A stretch of 41,476 nt of DNA from Euryarchaeota archaeon UBA4 (lineage in GTDB: Archaea > Thermoplasmatota > Poseidoniia > Poseidoniales > Thalassarchaeaceae): NCBI GenBank assembly GCA_002497985.1, contig DAFQ01000008.1, forward strand, positions 1 to 41,476. The letters are read 5' to 3'. Below, one piece after another: positions 11,101-22,081 of this stretch. How positions within the stretch are numbered: position 1 is the first letter of the stretch; each line of letters opens with the position of its first letter. Below the pieces are notes generated by a model, which saw only the letters and a list, made by a program, of their open reading frames with translations, was not told the DNA's origin and searched no databases. Both the position numbers and the translations under genes were made by a program.

Positions 11101-12247
11101 AAGGGGGCTGTCGTCCGCAACCAAGTCTTACTCTCTAAGAATCCAAAATCCAGTGCCGGTTCCGGAACTCGCATACTCATGTCCGAGTGTTAACGGAAGT
11201 CTTCTTGACAGGGCGCCCATGGAGGGGGAGGCAGTAATTTGGCAGATTCCCCAGACGAGCGAAGGGGACGCATTTGTCGCCCCAGGAACCCCGATTAGAT
11301 TCGATGGCTCCGACAGTTACGACTCCGACCCACTCTTCGTGGGGAGGACCTCTACAGACCGAGAAGACCCGGAATGGAATGGCATAACACATTGGATTTG
11401 GGACTTCGGTGACGCTACGCCAGTTGTCGAGGGAGCTATGGTCTGGCATGACTATGACATTCCCGGGACATACGTTGTGACTCTGACAGTTGTAGATGGA
11501 TTTGAAGGGGGGGAAACTAATTCCACGACTATGCTAGTTCATGTTTCCAGGGCCCCCTTGATAGGTGAAATGGATCCCATTGGATCTGACTATGTGAACA
11601 TCGGCGATGCCGTGATTCTCAACTATTCGGTATCCGATGCGGATTTAGAAGAAGGGATTGCTGCTTGGTTGGATACTGATTCGTCTATAGATAGCGATGA
11701 AGACGGCGATCCTACCAATGACATGGATCGTGACCTGACGGGCGACTTAGTTGTCAGATGGGACCTGAATGTCCTTCTGGACTTCGATGGCGATGGGGAC
11801 CCTAGGAACGATTGGGGATGGAACTCGCAGTCATGGGACAGTATGGGCGAAGTTCGGATACTCATGCAGGTTTGCGACGGCGTAGAAGTATGCTCGGAGA
11901 AGGAGTTCGTTGTTATCGTCCTAACAGAGGAAGAGGATTTCACCCCTCGTTCCCTATCTGACCTAACTTGGTCTGATTTGGTCCCCAACAAGGGGAGTGC
12001 GGGGCTCCTAACATTAGTTGCATTGGTTCTGATCCTTGGGTGGGTCATAATGCGGCAAAAGGACGATGAGGAGCTAGATGCAGAGGACATGTTGGAAGCC
12101 TACGAGGTCGATGAAGTCGAGAGTGATGGGGGCCTCCCTGGAATGGATCAGCACAAACCACCACCACAACCGAAATATCTGACAGTGGATGAGCGTAGGA
12201 CGAAGGAATCCGGATATGTACGGCCCATCAGAACAAGGAGGCGTTAG
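8144..12247 (+). CDS. Large cell-surface zinc metalloprotease (HExxH gluzincin-like) with tandem PKD domains, Asp-rich Ca-binding-like region and C-terminal TM anchor
   Basis: The ORF begins at 8063, but the signal peptide follows the ATG at 8144 (MGRKNSNASSSAVMIVSVMLLAGLSPLVSA). HEFQH at 8813..8827, followed by IDEGAAD. Five PKD-like units. DxDxDG-type runs at about 11640..11830. TM helix GLLTLVALVLILGWVIM, then a 65-aa charged tail. Confidence 0.8.
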   Translation: MGRKNSNASSSAVMIVSVMLLAGLSPLVSAIPVEEVPVSIEITGDLSDFVPPIEGKQYMFAGDDEPVFSATGFLKRQWVEEGYPGVVLPFSQAYQNSRHSVRSCEDAWSQGDTDTISTASGTISATVQKVSTNSVVFVEDGEIVPSTTLNDITSTWESTIFPTDTNYFGTPPDVDNNCQVEIVILAIDGAASVGGYFIPGLASTREAVFVDVDDLSWRNTILAHEFQHLLHNARDPFEFIWIDEGAADMAAYLCFGVTSTLTGHANEWSQNSNMSVRWWNQRIADYGAGFMFMMYLADKLGGGAAIRSLVADTATGGTGIENLASSPEPGSTSIGTTMSDIFANFSMAVSIDSAQGAFGFSNLDLTAGCIAASICRVQMSGFNDQWVNSWSSPSQSVEGWGIRAYKFNQGSGAPLNLMVQPTQFGFEGAVLSRDSATGSWSMSRLRVDPASGAATGLVHGFGNTTDEVWLTTWFESAVDDCDYNYMTCGITTGSYPSASVVVQAELITDPAEVSINTIDSFDRDGNGVDDSVELNLDIVSNAFFEVLEVSVDAFVNNTLVDNLVFSATAGNSIPTEKTIWFTPPYTGDWTFGISISDVTGALVDQAFALPVELANMEPVASGSISTNLTQTWLPVNMFGSGYDEWGFGQLNGTFSHNETPVGYFWDLGDNISSGLKNPVHPYVNPGEYTIVLTVMDQGGYFSESQSWDVIVQDTSDPIPEISVDGVVVTDELVLLTNQQVEFSARGTTDNLPIDELEFSWDWGDGEGVSGIGLAESSHSWVDGSADGIVYTLTLAVSDGIHEVEHSVFIRVLNRLPKLVFDDPLETFTLTPLEMPEVFTDSDGMIVEYNWQFEGGVNLDGGGMSLTSDFSSTESSLSNPIVGWRDPGPKTVTLEVTDDDGNSSFTTIVVNVLNQRPVAVFSRPSDGTVDTTYTFTSLSFDPDGDTSLLSTSWNISDLDGPILNASSVSHTFLSPGLYTVSLTVTDERGLSSATKSYSLRIQNPVPVPELAYSCPSVNGSLLDRAPMEGEAVIWQIPQTSEGDAFVAPGTPIRFDGSDSYDSDPLFVGRTSTDREDPEWNGITHWIWDFGDATPVVEGAMVWHDYDIPGTYVVTLTVVDGFEGGETNSTTMLVHVSRAPLIGEMDPIGSDYVNIGDAVILNYSVSDADLEEGIAAWLDTDSSIDSDEDGDPTNDMDRDLTGDLVVRWDLNVLLDFDGDGDPRNDWGWNSQSWDSMGEVRILMQVCDGVEVCSEKEFVVIVLTEEEDFTPRSLSDLTWSDLVPNKGSAGLLTLVALVLILGWVIMRQKDDEELDAEDMLEAYEVDEVESDGGLPGMDQHKPPPQPKYLTVDERRTKESGYVRPIRTRRR
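10040..11550 (+). repeat. Tandem array of about 5 PKD-like domains (protein-level repeats inside the metalloprotease CDS)
   Basis: Recurrent W(D/N)(L/W/F)GDG...H.Y..PG.YTV.LTV.D pattern: YFWDLGDN...YTIVLTVMDQGG; FSWDWGDGEG...YTLTLAVSDG; NWQFEGG...TVTLEVTDDDGNS; WNISD...YTVSLTVTDERG; WIWDFGDAT...YVVTLTVVDG. Boundaries are approximate. Confidence 0.7.
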
Positions 12248-13124
12248 TTTGACACGAGTTGCGAACAAGGCCTTCGCATCCATCATCAATGTGAGCTTCA
12301 TTGCCCCATCCGCACTATTGATGATTGCAATACTATCATCCCCATCAGTGGTCGCAGCCAATTCATGCGAGGTTTCGGCAATAAATCCCCCAGGAGTAGA
12401 AGATTATGTCGAAGAACACAGCGTTGAGAATTTCTGGGATTTCTACACGGGGGACAACTTGCGGCCCCTCAATATGGACGTTTACTGGGAGACTACAATT
12501 GAGAACGACAGCGCCTCAGCTTTGAAAATGGAACTGGTTCCTGGTTACAGTTACACATTTTGCATCAAGATGACTCCCAATTCGGAAGATACCCCGCTGG
12601 AGCCAGTTGGAGATATTTACCTGATGACTGGCGGGGACTGGGACCGTTACGGGTTTGATTACGAACTGAGAATGGAAGGTGCATGGCTCGAGGATGACTT
12701 CTTGCCAGTAGAATGGAGGGATACCGTGGACTGGTTACCTTTCCGCGATTCACACGCATATGAGCGCGTTACTGAGGAAGAGTTCTCAGTGGCCATTGAC
12801 TCAAGCGGTTCTGTCTGGTCGGGTTCACTTGGAAGTGGGGACCTAGAGTACTTCCTAGTGATTGACGGATGGGATAATGGGAGACACACTGACAACAAGG
12901 CAGCGGGAGGGGCAATTGATGTGGAAGTCCTCATTGATGTGGAGGAAAGGATGAACATACCGAAATTTACTGCGACCATGCTAGTTGCCTCAATGCCCCT
13001 GGCCTGTCTGATTGTGCCATTCGTACTGCATTCAAAATACATGCAGGAAGGAAAGGTTGAGATGCCAAATGAAGAAAGGGAGTTGCCGTACCTCGATTCT
13101 GAGGGCAGGAATACAGAAAGCTAA
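12189..13124 (+). CDS. Hypothetical exported protein with C-terminal TM anchor
   Basis: 311-aa ORF. Start uncertain: ATG at 12189 or 12216 overlaps the upstream gene, and a TTG at 12249 lies just after its stop. Hydrophobic signal-like segment FIAPSALLMIAILSSPSVVAA and C-terminal TM LVASMPLACLIVPFVL. No recognisable family. Confidence 0.55.
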   Translation: MSVGRRNPDMYGPSEQGGVSLTRVANKAFASIINVSFIAPSALLMIAILSSPSVVAANSCEVSAINPPGVEDYVEEHSVENFWDFYTGDNLRPLNMDVYWETTIENDSASALKMELVPGYSYTFCIKMTPNSEDTPLEPVGDIYLMTGGDWDRYGFDYELRMEGAWLEDDFLPVEWRDTVDWLPFRDSHAYERVTEEEFSVAIDSSGSVWSGSLGSGDLEYFLVIDGWDNGRHTDNKAAGGAIDVEVLIDVEERMNIPKFTATMLVASMPLACLIVPFVLHSKYMQEGKVEMPNEERELPYLDSEGRNTES

Positions 13125-13924
13125 TTCGAGTAGCCAAGGAGTTCCCAAGCCGTGGAAAGATCGGACCTGTTGATTTTTCCTTTGTATGCCAAATGCCACC
13201 CCACCTCCATGGTTGAGTAAACCATGTATTGGTCAAGAAGAGGCGCATGGATCCTTGTCCAGTCCCCTCCCGATCCGAGCCCCATAATTGAGTTTTTTAC
13301 TTCGGAGTTCTTCAATTCCCATGCAGCTTCGAATAGTCTCAATGACCCTTCGGTCCCTCCTGTCGAATAACAAATCTTCACCACATCCCCCATTGAGGAC
13401 ATCTCTTCAACGTCCCCAACAATTTCCCCAGCAGGAGGTGGCTTCTCAGATGAATGATGGGAGCAAATCACCTTCGTATTTCCCGATGCCAGTTTCATGA
13501 GCTTCTTCCTGGAATTCTCTGCGATATCTGCCTCTAGGTCAACCCAGCTCGGGCCACTCTTGATGCCCTCACTCAAGACATTCAATCTCTCTTCCTCAGT
13601 CCCGGGGAAGTGTCCTCCTTGGGAGATCGGCCTACAAGTCAAAATAACCGGTAGTTCAACTCCTTGCTTGAATGAGTCCAATACAGAATTAAGATCCACT
13701 GAGTCAAGTGTTTGAGGGACGTAATCGGGCTCCTTCCTCTCATTTCTTCGCCCCCTAGTCTCCTCGGATGCCTCCTCTGGCTCTGGAAAGACTTCCCTGA
13801 CCCAAAGACGATCCAGCCGAACCTCTACCAAGTCCGCACCGGAAGCCGTGGCCAATGCCGCATCTTTGAGCATCTCGTCTACAGTACAACCACTCAGGAC
13901 AACGCACACGAGTGGTAGTTCCAT
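13121..13924 (-). CDS. aroD: 3-dehydroquinate dehydratase, type I
   Basis: The ORF extends to 14026. The ATG at 13924 (MELPLVCVVLSG) fits the family N-terminus. Motifs GADLVEVRLD, PVILTCRP..QGG, VICSHH and VVKICY. Confidence 0.8.
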   Translation of the reverse strand: MELPLVCVVLSGCTVDEMLKDAALATASGADLVEVRLDRLWVREVFPEPEEASEETRGRRNERKEPDYVPQTLDSVDLNSVLDSFKQGVELPVILTCRPISQGGHFPGTEEERLNVLSEGIKSGPSWVDLEADIAENSRKKLMKLASGNTKVICSHHSSEKPPPAGEIVGDVEEMSSMGDVVKICYSTGGTEGSLRLFEAAWELKNSEVKNSIMGLGSGGDWTRIHAPLLDQYMVYSTMEVGWHLAYKGKINRSDLSTAWELLGYSN

Positions 13925-14079
13925 CCAACCGCTCGACCCTAGGATTCTGTTTAACCGTGTCGTGTGCCTCAACTCTACAATTATCATCCAATATACCGAA
14001 AAAGGTCGAAAATAGCGATTTTTCATCTTTCCACTAGTAGGGTTGAATAACCACCGGCCTTCAGGGATATATGTGATGA

Positions 14080-16077
<1,998 letters not shown>

Positions 16078-16079
16078 TT

Positions 16080-18776
16080 ATGGCTGAAGACTTACTCAGG
16101 AGAGACATCTCAGATGAGATGAAAGAGAGTTACATCAATTATGCAATGAGCGTAATTATCGGGAGAGCCCTTCCCGATGTCAGAGATGGCCTTAAGCCGG
16201 TCCACAGAAGAATACTATGGGGCATGCACCAAGCAGGCCACACGCACGAAAAGGGCTACAGCAAGTCTGCTAGATCGGTTGGAGAAGTGATGGGTAAATA
16301 CCACCCACATGGAGATCAGGCGCTGTATGACACGATGGTCAGGATGGCACAAGAATTCTCACTTAGGTACCCCCTGGTTGATGGCCAGGGTAACTTCGGA
16401 TCGATAGACGGGGATCCACCTGCTGCAATGAGGTACACGGAAAGCCGACTTGACCGCCTCTCCAGGCACATGCTCGAAGACATTAACAAAAATACGATTG
16501 ACATGGAGCCCAACTTTGATGAAAGCGAGATTGAACCCACAGTATTGCCTTCTCGTCTTCCGAACCTACTGCTAAATGGAAGTGACGGCATTGCAGTCGG
16601 AATGGCAACAAAGATACCCCCACACAATCTGAGGGAGGTTGCTGATGCAATAAAATTCCACATTACAAAAGTGATTGAACAGAATAGAAAAATTGGCCTG
16701 GACAACCCCCCTAAGATAGACGCTTTGGAGTATATGGACTACATCAAAGGTCCAGATTTCCCCACGGGCGCAACTCTGTATGGAATTGATGGTATTGTCG
16801 ATATGTACCGAACAGGAAATGGGCGTTTCCACATTAGGTCAGACGTAGAGGTGGTGGATGACTCCAGTGGGAAGCGCCTAATCGTCCACTCAATACCTTA
16901 CCAAGTGAAGAAGGCACCAATGCTTCAGGGAATCGCAGAACTCGTCCAAAAGGAGTCAGTCAAGGGAATCAGGGACATCAGAGATGAGTCTAGCAAGGAG
17001 GGCATCAGGGTCGTCATCGAGATCAAGCAAAATGCCGACCCCCAAGCAGTACTGAACCAGTTGTACCAATCAAGCAGATTGCAAGAGTCATACTCTGCCA
17101 ACATGATGGGCATATTGAAGGGGGAGCCTGTTCAACTGGATCTTCGAACCATCTTGCACACGCACGTCAGGCACAGAGAGTCCATCATAGAGAGGAGGAC
17201 GCAGTTCGACTTAGAGAAGGCAGAATCCAGGGCACACATACTAGAAGGGCTGATCAAAGCACAGAAGAGGATGGATGAGATAATTGTCGTAGGGCGAAAC
17301 TCCGACTCACGTGAGCAGTTTGAGAAGTATCTCAGAGGAGAGGAAAAATACCCCAAAATCAAGAGGTTCGAATTTTCCGAGAGGCAGTCAAAGGCCATTG
17401 CGGAGAGGAGGCTCTACCAATTGACCAAACTGAATGTCAAGGAAGTTGCAGATGAATTGGAGAAATTGAAAGAATCCATAAGCGACTTCAAAGGAATATT
17501 GGACAGCAGAATAAGACGCCTTGACATCATAGTGAATGAGCTTGAGGAAGTGGTTGATCGACATGGGGATGACCGTAGAACCGAGATCAACGCAACGCCA
17601 CTATCTATGGATAGAGAGGACCTGGTTGCAGAGCAGTCTATCGTTATCTCACTTACACAGGACAACTACATGAGGCATCTCCCTGTGGAATCATTCAGAC
17701 TCCAGAACAGAGGGGGCAAAGGGCTCAAGGGAGTATCAACCAAGGAAGAGGACGCCCCATCCAAGATTGTTACCTGCTTTTCCAAGGACCGTTTACTCAT
17801 CTTCACTGACATGGGCAGGGTGTATGGCCTCAGGGCATGGGAGACCCCCTCTGCAAGCAGATACGGAAGGGGGACCCACGTTCGCAACTTACTTGGGGGG
17901 ATCAGAGAAGACGAAAAGGTGATCTCGATTCTCCCTATGAACAGGGACCTCATCGAAAACCCGGAAGGGCATTACCTAATCTTCTCCACCCTCAATGGGA
18001 GAATAAAGAGGAGCCACCTCTCGGAATATGTCAAAATAAACAGGAATGGGAAGTATGCACTCAGATTCGCTGAGGGAGAGGCGGATGCTCTAGTTTCAGT
18101 TAGGCCCGCTACAGAAGAGGACCATGTAGTCCTAGTCTCGGCCAAGGGCAACGCCTGCAGATTCAAGCCGGCCGAAGTCCGCAGCAGAGTTGACCCATCC
18201 ACTGGAGAGGAACAGCACACGCATCTTGTCAGGGTGCAAGGAAGAGTTAGCCAGGGAGTCTCTGGGATGAAACTAGACAAGGGCGATAGGGTCATAGGAA
18301 TGATTGTCACAGACGACTTTGAAACCAGCGTCCTCACAATTTCTAAGCATGGGATGGGCAAGAGAAGCAGGCTTGGTTCGGGAGATATGGTCCCATTATT
18401 GGACCAAGAAACTGGAGACGCGATGTACGACGATGAAGGCGTCGCACTACAAGAGAGAGATGGTTACAGGAGAACAAACAGAGGGACAAAGGGAGTCAGG
18501 ACGATGTCCCTAGACAGTGACGATGAGCTAGTTGCAGTGAAGCAAATACCGGATCTCGAAGACCAGTTATTCATGCTCACATCGACTGGGATGATGATAA
18601 GAATGATTTCCAGGCAGACCAAGGAAACCCTAGGGAAGGTGACTAAGGGAACCCGCATAATGGAATTGAGGAACGCCGATAGGACCGGTTATTCGGATGA
18701 GATTATTTTCGTTGCGAGGCTGCCTTCTTCATTGGTCGACTCAACCTCAGATGACGACATGTCCGAAGAGGAGTAG
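16080..18776 (+). CDS. gyrA: DNA gyrase subunit A
   Basis: About 898 aa. A GTG at 16074 overlaps the gyrB stop, and an ATG lies at 16080. Catalytic [10 protein letters not shown]. GyrA-box-like QNRGGKG at the start of the C-terminal domain. Acidic C-terminal tail. Confidence 0.95.
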   Translation: MAEDLLRRDISDEMKESYINYAMSVIIGRALPDVRDGLKPVHRRILWGMHQAGHTHEKGYSKSARSVGEVMGKYHPHGDQALYDTMVRMAQEFSLRYPLVDGQGNFGSIDGDPPAAMRYTESRLDRLSRHMLEDINKNTIDMEPNFDESEIEPTVLPSRLPNLLLNGSDGIAVGMATKIPPHNLREVADAIKFHITKVIEQNRKIGLDNPPKIDALEYMDYIKGPDFPTGATLYGIDGIVDMYRTGNGRFHIRSDVEVVDDSSGKRLIVHSIPYQVKKAPMLQGIAELVQKESVKGIRDIRDESSKEGIRVVIEIKQNADPQAVLNQLYQSSRLQESYSANMMGILKGEPVQLDLRTILHTHVRHRESIIERRTQFDLEKAESRAHILEGLIKAQKRMDEIIVVGRNSDSREQFEKYLRGEEKYPKIKRFEFSERQSKAIAERRLYQLTKLNVKEVADELEKLKESISDFKGILDSRIRRLDIIVNELEEVVDRHGDDRRTEINATPLSMDREDLVAEQSIVISLTQDNYMRHLPVESFRLQNRGGKGLKGVSTKEEDAPSKIVTCFSKDRLLIFTDMGRVYGLRAWETPSASRYGRGTHVRNLLGGIREDEKVISILPMNRDLIENPEGHYLIFSTLNGRIKRSHLSEYVKINRNGKYALRFAEGEADALVSVRPATEEDHVVLVSAKGNACRFKPAEVRSRVDPSTGEEQHTHLVRVQGRVSQGVSGMKLDKGDRVIGMIVTDDFETSVLTISKHGMGKRSRLGSGDMVPLLDQETGDAMYDDEGVALQERDGYRRTNRGTKGVRTMSLDSDDELVAVKQIPDLEDQLFMLTSTGMMIRMISRQTKETLGKVTKGTRIMELRNADRTGYSDEIIFVARLPSSLVDSTSDDDMSEEE

Positions 18777-18820
18777 GGTACCGCTCGCCTTAAGCGAATG
18801 AGTAAGTTCGCCGGAACACT

Positions 18821-18907
18821 GCGGCAGTCGCATAGCCTGGCCATTGCGCTGGATTGCTAATCCAGTGGTGTTTCACCTCGGGAGTTCGAATCTCCCCTGC
18901 CGCGCCA
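18821..18907 (+). tRNA. tRNA-Ser (anticodon GCU), class II long variable arm, CCA encoded
   Basis: Hand fold. Acceptor GCGGCAG/CTGCCGC. Anticodon stem CTGGA/TCCAG with loop TTGCTAA. 14-nt variable arm. T arm GGGAG-TTCGAAT-CTCCC. Discriminator G followed by CCA. Confidence 0.88.
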
Positions 18908-18932
18908 TCAAAATGAGGGGAGTGTTCATTCT

Positions 18933-19787
18933 ATGCCTGCCCACACGAGTGGCGTGGCCATCACCTACGCGAGCCCCATCTTGGTGCTCATATTGCTTCT
19001 ATTGGCACTCCTGATAAGAAGGCATTTTGCCCTATCGCCATCTAATGAAAGGTCATGGGTGAATGACAATCGGAGACTGGCTAAGGCAGAATTTGATGGT
19101 GAAACGGTCACAATTAGGAATGTTAGGGACTTCAAGTGGAGAACGACCAGGGACTTTGACGAAAGGTGGGTTGACGTCAAAGTCAATCTCAACGAAGTCA
19201 CCAAGATTTGGTTCATCCTGGAATATTTCGAACCCGATAGGAAGGAGATGGCCCACACCATCCTCAGTTACGAGTTCGCGGATGGTACGAGATTGGCTTG
19301 TTCAATTGAAGTTCGTAAGAAAGAGGGCGCCAGATATCACCCAGTAAAGGGATTATTCAGGACATACGAACTGATCTACGTCTGGGGCACGGAGAGGGAC
19401 GTGATCGGGGTGAGGGGGCGTTGCAGGAGGAAGTCCAACACTCACCTATTCGAAGGAGTGGTTCTGGGCCCGGGTAACGAACGAAGGATGTTTGAGTCAT
19501 ACTTGAGAAGGACTAACAAATTAATTGATGAACCTGAATGGTACAACACAATTACCAACACGTGCACAACAAACATTGTCGGACATGTGAACGAAGTATA
19601 TCCGGGAAGGGTGCCCCGGGCTATGGCGATATTGATGCCGGGCCTAAGTCCGAAGCTACTCCGGAGAAACAACCTGGTAGTTATCGAAGATACACTGGAG
19701 CGTACCATGGAAGATAGCATCATTGATCGGAGGGCCCTGGAATGGGATGAAGAGTGTGATTTCGGAGATTGGATTAGGTCCCGATAA
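18933..19787 (+). CDS. DUF4105 (Lnb N-terminal domain-like) membrane-anchored protein
   Basis: 284 aa. N-terminal TM helix. The pattern VTIRNVRDFKW...W..V..NL..V...WFILEYF...MAHTILSYEF...YELIYVWGTERDVIGVR resembles DUF4105. Confidence 0.55.
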   Translation: MPAHTSGVAITYASPILVLILLLLALLIRRHFALSPSNERSWVNDNRRLAKAEFDGETVTIRNVRDFKWRTTRDFDERWVDVKVNLNEVTKIWFILEYFEPDRKEMAHTILSYEFADGTRLACSIEVRKKEGARYHPVKGLFRTYELIYVWGTERDVIGVRGRCRRKSNTHLFEGVVLGPGNERRMFESYLRRTNKLIDEPEWYNTITNTCTTNIVGHVNEVYPGRVPRAMAILMPGLSPKLLRRNNLVVIEDTLERTMEDSIIDRRALEWDEECDFGDWIRSR

Positions 19788-19806
19788 TGCGAGGATTGAA
19801 CACGAA

Positions 19807-21006
19807 ATGTCTACTCCAAACAACATGCTCACCATTGAGCCGGTCTCACTGAGCTCCCCGGTAAAGTGGGGTCTGCCCCCTTCGAAGAGCCATCTCATCA
19901 GGTGGCTTGCGTTGATTAGCCAGACAAAACAGGAGGTTTTTCTTGCATTCAACGGAACTCCTGGAAATGATGTTATTTCTATGTCGAAATGTATTGAGGG
20001 GATGGGTTCTTCCATAGAGGAACATGACTCGGGGTGGTTAGTAAGTGGCTCACCCGGCCTTAATCCTGACTCATTGTTTCTCGATTGTGGGAACTCTGGC
20101 ACGACTGCAAATTTCCTAACTGCCATTTCCGCTTGCAATATCGGTACTGTTTCCCTGGATGGCGATCGTACACTGAGATCGAGAAGCTCCAAGGAACTCT
20201 GCTCGACGTTGAGACAAATGGGTTGCACCATTGATTCGGACGGTGTACCAAGAGTGGTTTCTGGGAGAATTGAGAATTATGATGTTCTGCACGACTGGAG
20301 TAGAACTAGCCAAGGCCTGAGCTCATTGATGATAGCATCCCCTGGATTCGAAGAAGAACTCCGAATTTCCCTCTCCGGGGAGTCTGTTAGCAGCGGATAC
20401 TGGATGCTCACCCAAGAGATTTGCATTTCTTGTGGCTCGAAGATGACTGTTGAGGGGGACGAGGCCGTCCTACCCCCGTGGGAAATTGACATTCCAGAGG
20501 GTATTGAGATTCCTCCCGAGGAAAGCCTTCGCCCTGTGGCGATTTTACTGTCGCATCTTCATGGGGTCGATTTTGAAACGGGTTTGGAAGATTCCGGAAT
20601 CGGCATTTCTAGAGCTATCAAATCGGTCGAGGAAAGAGAAAATGAGGTATTTCTTGGTGAGGCGAGTGACATCATTACTCCAATAGCAGCTATAATGGCC
20701 ATGGGCGATGGTGGGCGCATCAGTGGTGCAGCACATGCAAGGGGGAAGGAGTCCGACAGGATTTCGAAAACAGTAGAGCTACTGGGGTCTTTCGAATTGT
20801 CCTCAAAGGAAACGGATGATGGCCTATTGATCCAGGGGGGCCAATGTCCGGTCAGGCCTAAAGATCCGGTGGAAACCCATGGAGACCACAGATTAGCAAT
20901 GACTGCTTTGGCGCTGGCGAGTAAAACTGGAGGGACGGTTTTGGAACCCGAATGTTCGGCAGTAACAGATCCCTCTTTCATTGACAAGATTATTTCTCTG
21001 GGCTAG
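19807..21006 (+). CDS. aroA: 3-phosphoshikimate 1-carboxyvinyltransferase (EPSP synthase)
   Basis: The ORF starts at 19723 and overlaps the previous gene; the ATG at 19807 is preferred. PPSKSHLIR, GNSGTTANFL, LRSRS, and C-terminal HGDHRLAMT. Confidence 0.88.
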   Translation: MSTPNNMLTIEPVSLSSPVKWGLPPSKSHLIRWLALISQTKQEVFLAFNGTPGNDVISMSKCIEGMGSSIEEHDSGWLVSGSPGLNPDSLFLDCGNSGTTANFLTAISACNIGTVSLDGDRTLRSRSSKELCSTLRQMGCTIDSDGVPRVVSGRIENYDVLHDWSRTSQGLSSLMIASPGFEEELRISLSGESVSSGYWMLTQEICISCGSKMTVEGDEAVLPPWEIDIPEGIEIPPEESLRPVAILLSHLHGVDFETGLEDSGIGISRAIKSVEERENEVFLGEASDIITPIAAIMAMGDGGRISGAAHARGKESDRISKTVELLGSFELSSKETDDGLLIQGGQCPVRPKDPVETHGDHRLAMTALALASKTGGTVLEPECSAVTDPSFIDKIISLG

Positions 21007-21043
21007 TCATTCTAGACATGTTCAAGGGCACTAGGCATTTGCA

Positions 21044-22009
21044 GTGACAGTGGGTTCAATGTCAGCTTGGTCAAAAAACATCGGCACCCACGCACTATTG
21101 CTACTTGTGGCGGTAATCTGGGGTTCAACTTGGTCGGTGGGCAGGTTCCTTAGTTATGGCCTGGATGAGGACAGTAGGGCATCACTTGAGCCAGCTACCG
21201 CGGCATGGCTTAGATACGCAGTGGTGGTGATTGTGTTCTCTGCATGGTGTTACTTTAGCAAAGGGGAAAATAAGACAAGGATGCTTCCTCCGGATTCCCT
21301 TTCCTGGAAATATACCATCTGGCTAGGTCTCCTTGGGACGATGATGTACCAGCTTCTTTTCATGCACGGGATGAGGTGGACTGCAGCTGGCGATGCCTCG
21401 TTAATTATTCCAATTAATCCGGTATTCACTGTCCTTCTGGCAGCACCGATGCTTGGTCAGAGGGTCTCAGGAAGAATGGCGCTGGGTTTGCTCATAGGAA
21501 TTTCTGGAGTTGTGGCCGTTGTTGGCTGGAGTCCAAATACGGGAATCCCATTCGAACATAGGCTAATTGGGGATCTGATGATTATTGGAGCTGCGCTCTC
21601 ATGGGCCGCCACTAGCAATTTGACAAAAATATTGCTCGGGGAGAATAAAGGAACGGTTATTGAAATCGTTGTTTGGTACTCGATAGTTGGATGGCTCATG
21701 TTGACTCCCTGGATGATAATTGAATTATACCAGTCTGGAATTCCTTACCCTAACGATATTGAGTTGCTCTCCATAGCTTATCTAGGAGTTTTCTCGACCG
21801 TGTTGTCATATGTCTGGTTTGTCAGGGGAATTGACAGAATAGGCCCTACTGCTGCGGCTTCTTACGTTTTCCTAGTTCCTGTTTTCGGGGTGTTAAGCGG
21901 TTGGGCGTTGCTAGGGGAGAATATCGGGGCCTCGATGGGCGTGGGCTTCGTACTAATCGTCCTCGGAGTACGTGAGGTCCAGAAGGAAAGCGAGAAGTTA
22001 GAAGGCTAG
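21044..22009 (+). CDS. EamA/DMT-family transporter
   Basis: 321 aa with about 10 hydrophobic helices in two halves, as expected for a duplicated EamA domain. GTG start, with an alternative ATG at 21059. Confidence 0.75.
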   Translation: MTVGSMSAWSKNIGTHALLLLVAVIWGSTWSVGRFLSYGLDEDSRASLEPATAAWLRYAVVVIVFSAWCYFSKGENKTRMLPPDSLSWKYTIWLGLLGTMMYQLLFMHGMRWTAAGDASLIIPINPVFTVLLAAPMLGQRVSGRMALGLLIGISGVVAVVGWSPNTGIPFEHRLIGDLMIIGAALSWAATSNLTKILLGENKGTVIEIVVWYSIVGWLMLTPWMIIELYQSGIPYPNDIELLSIAYLGVFSTVLSYVWFVRGIDRIGPTAAASYVFLVPVFGVLSGWALLGENIGASMGVGFVLIVLGVREVQKESEKLEG

Positions 22010-22040
22010 TGAAAATACAAAGTTTGGTGCGTACTCACGA

Positions 22041-22047
22041 TTAAATA
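22041..22047 (+). promoter_or_regulatory. TATA-box-like element upstream of rpl10e
   Basis: TTAAATA lies 35-41 nt upstream of the ATG at 22082 in a 72-bp spacer. A purine-rich GAGAGAGG lies closer to the start. Confidence 0.3.
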
Positions 22048-22081
22048 GAGGGGGTCGGTCGCCCGCGAGAGAGGCAGTAGT

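Noticed and set aside
18777-18932. Integrated element at tRNA-Ser
   Set aside because: No integrase, no visible duplicated tRNA 3' segment, and the flanking genes (gyrA, aroA) are housekeeping. Only the weak HGT note on DUF4105 is retained.
19656-20987. Minus-strand ORFs 19656..20231 (191 aa) and 20559..20987 (142 aa)
   Set aside because: They lie inside and antisense to the well-supported aroA CDS. They have no recognisable motifs.
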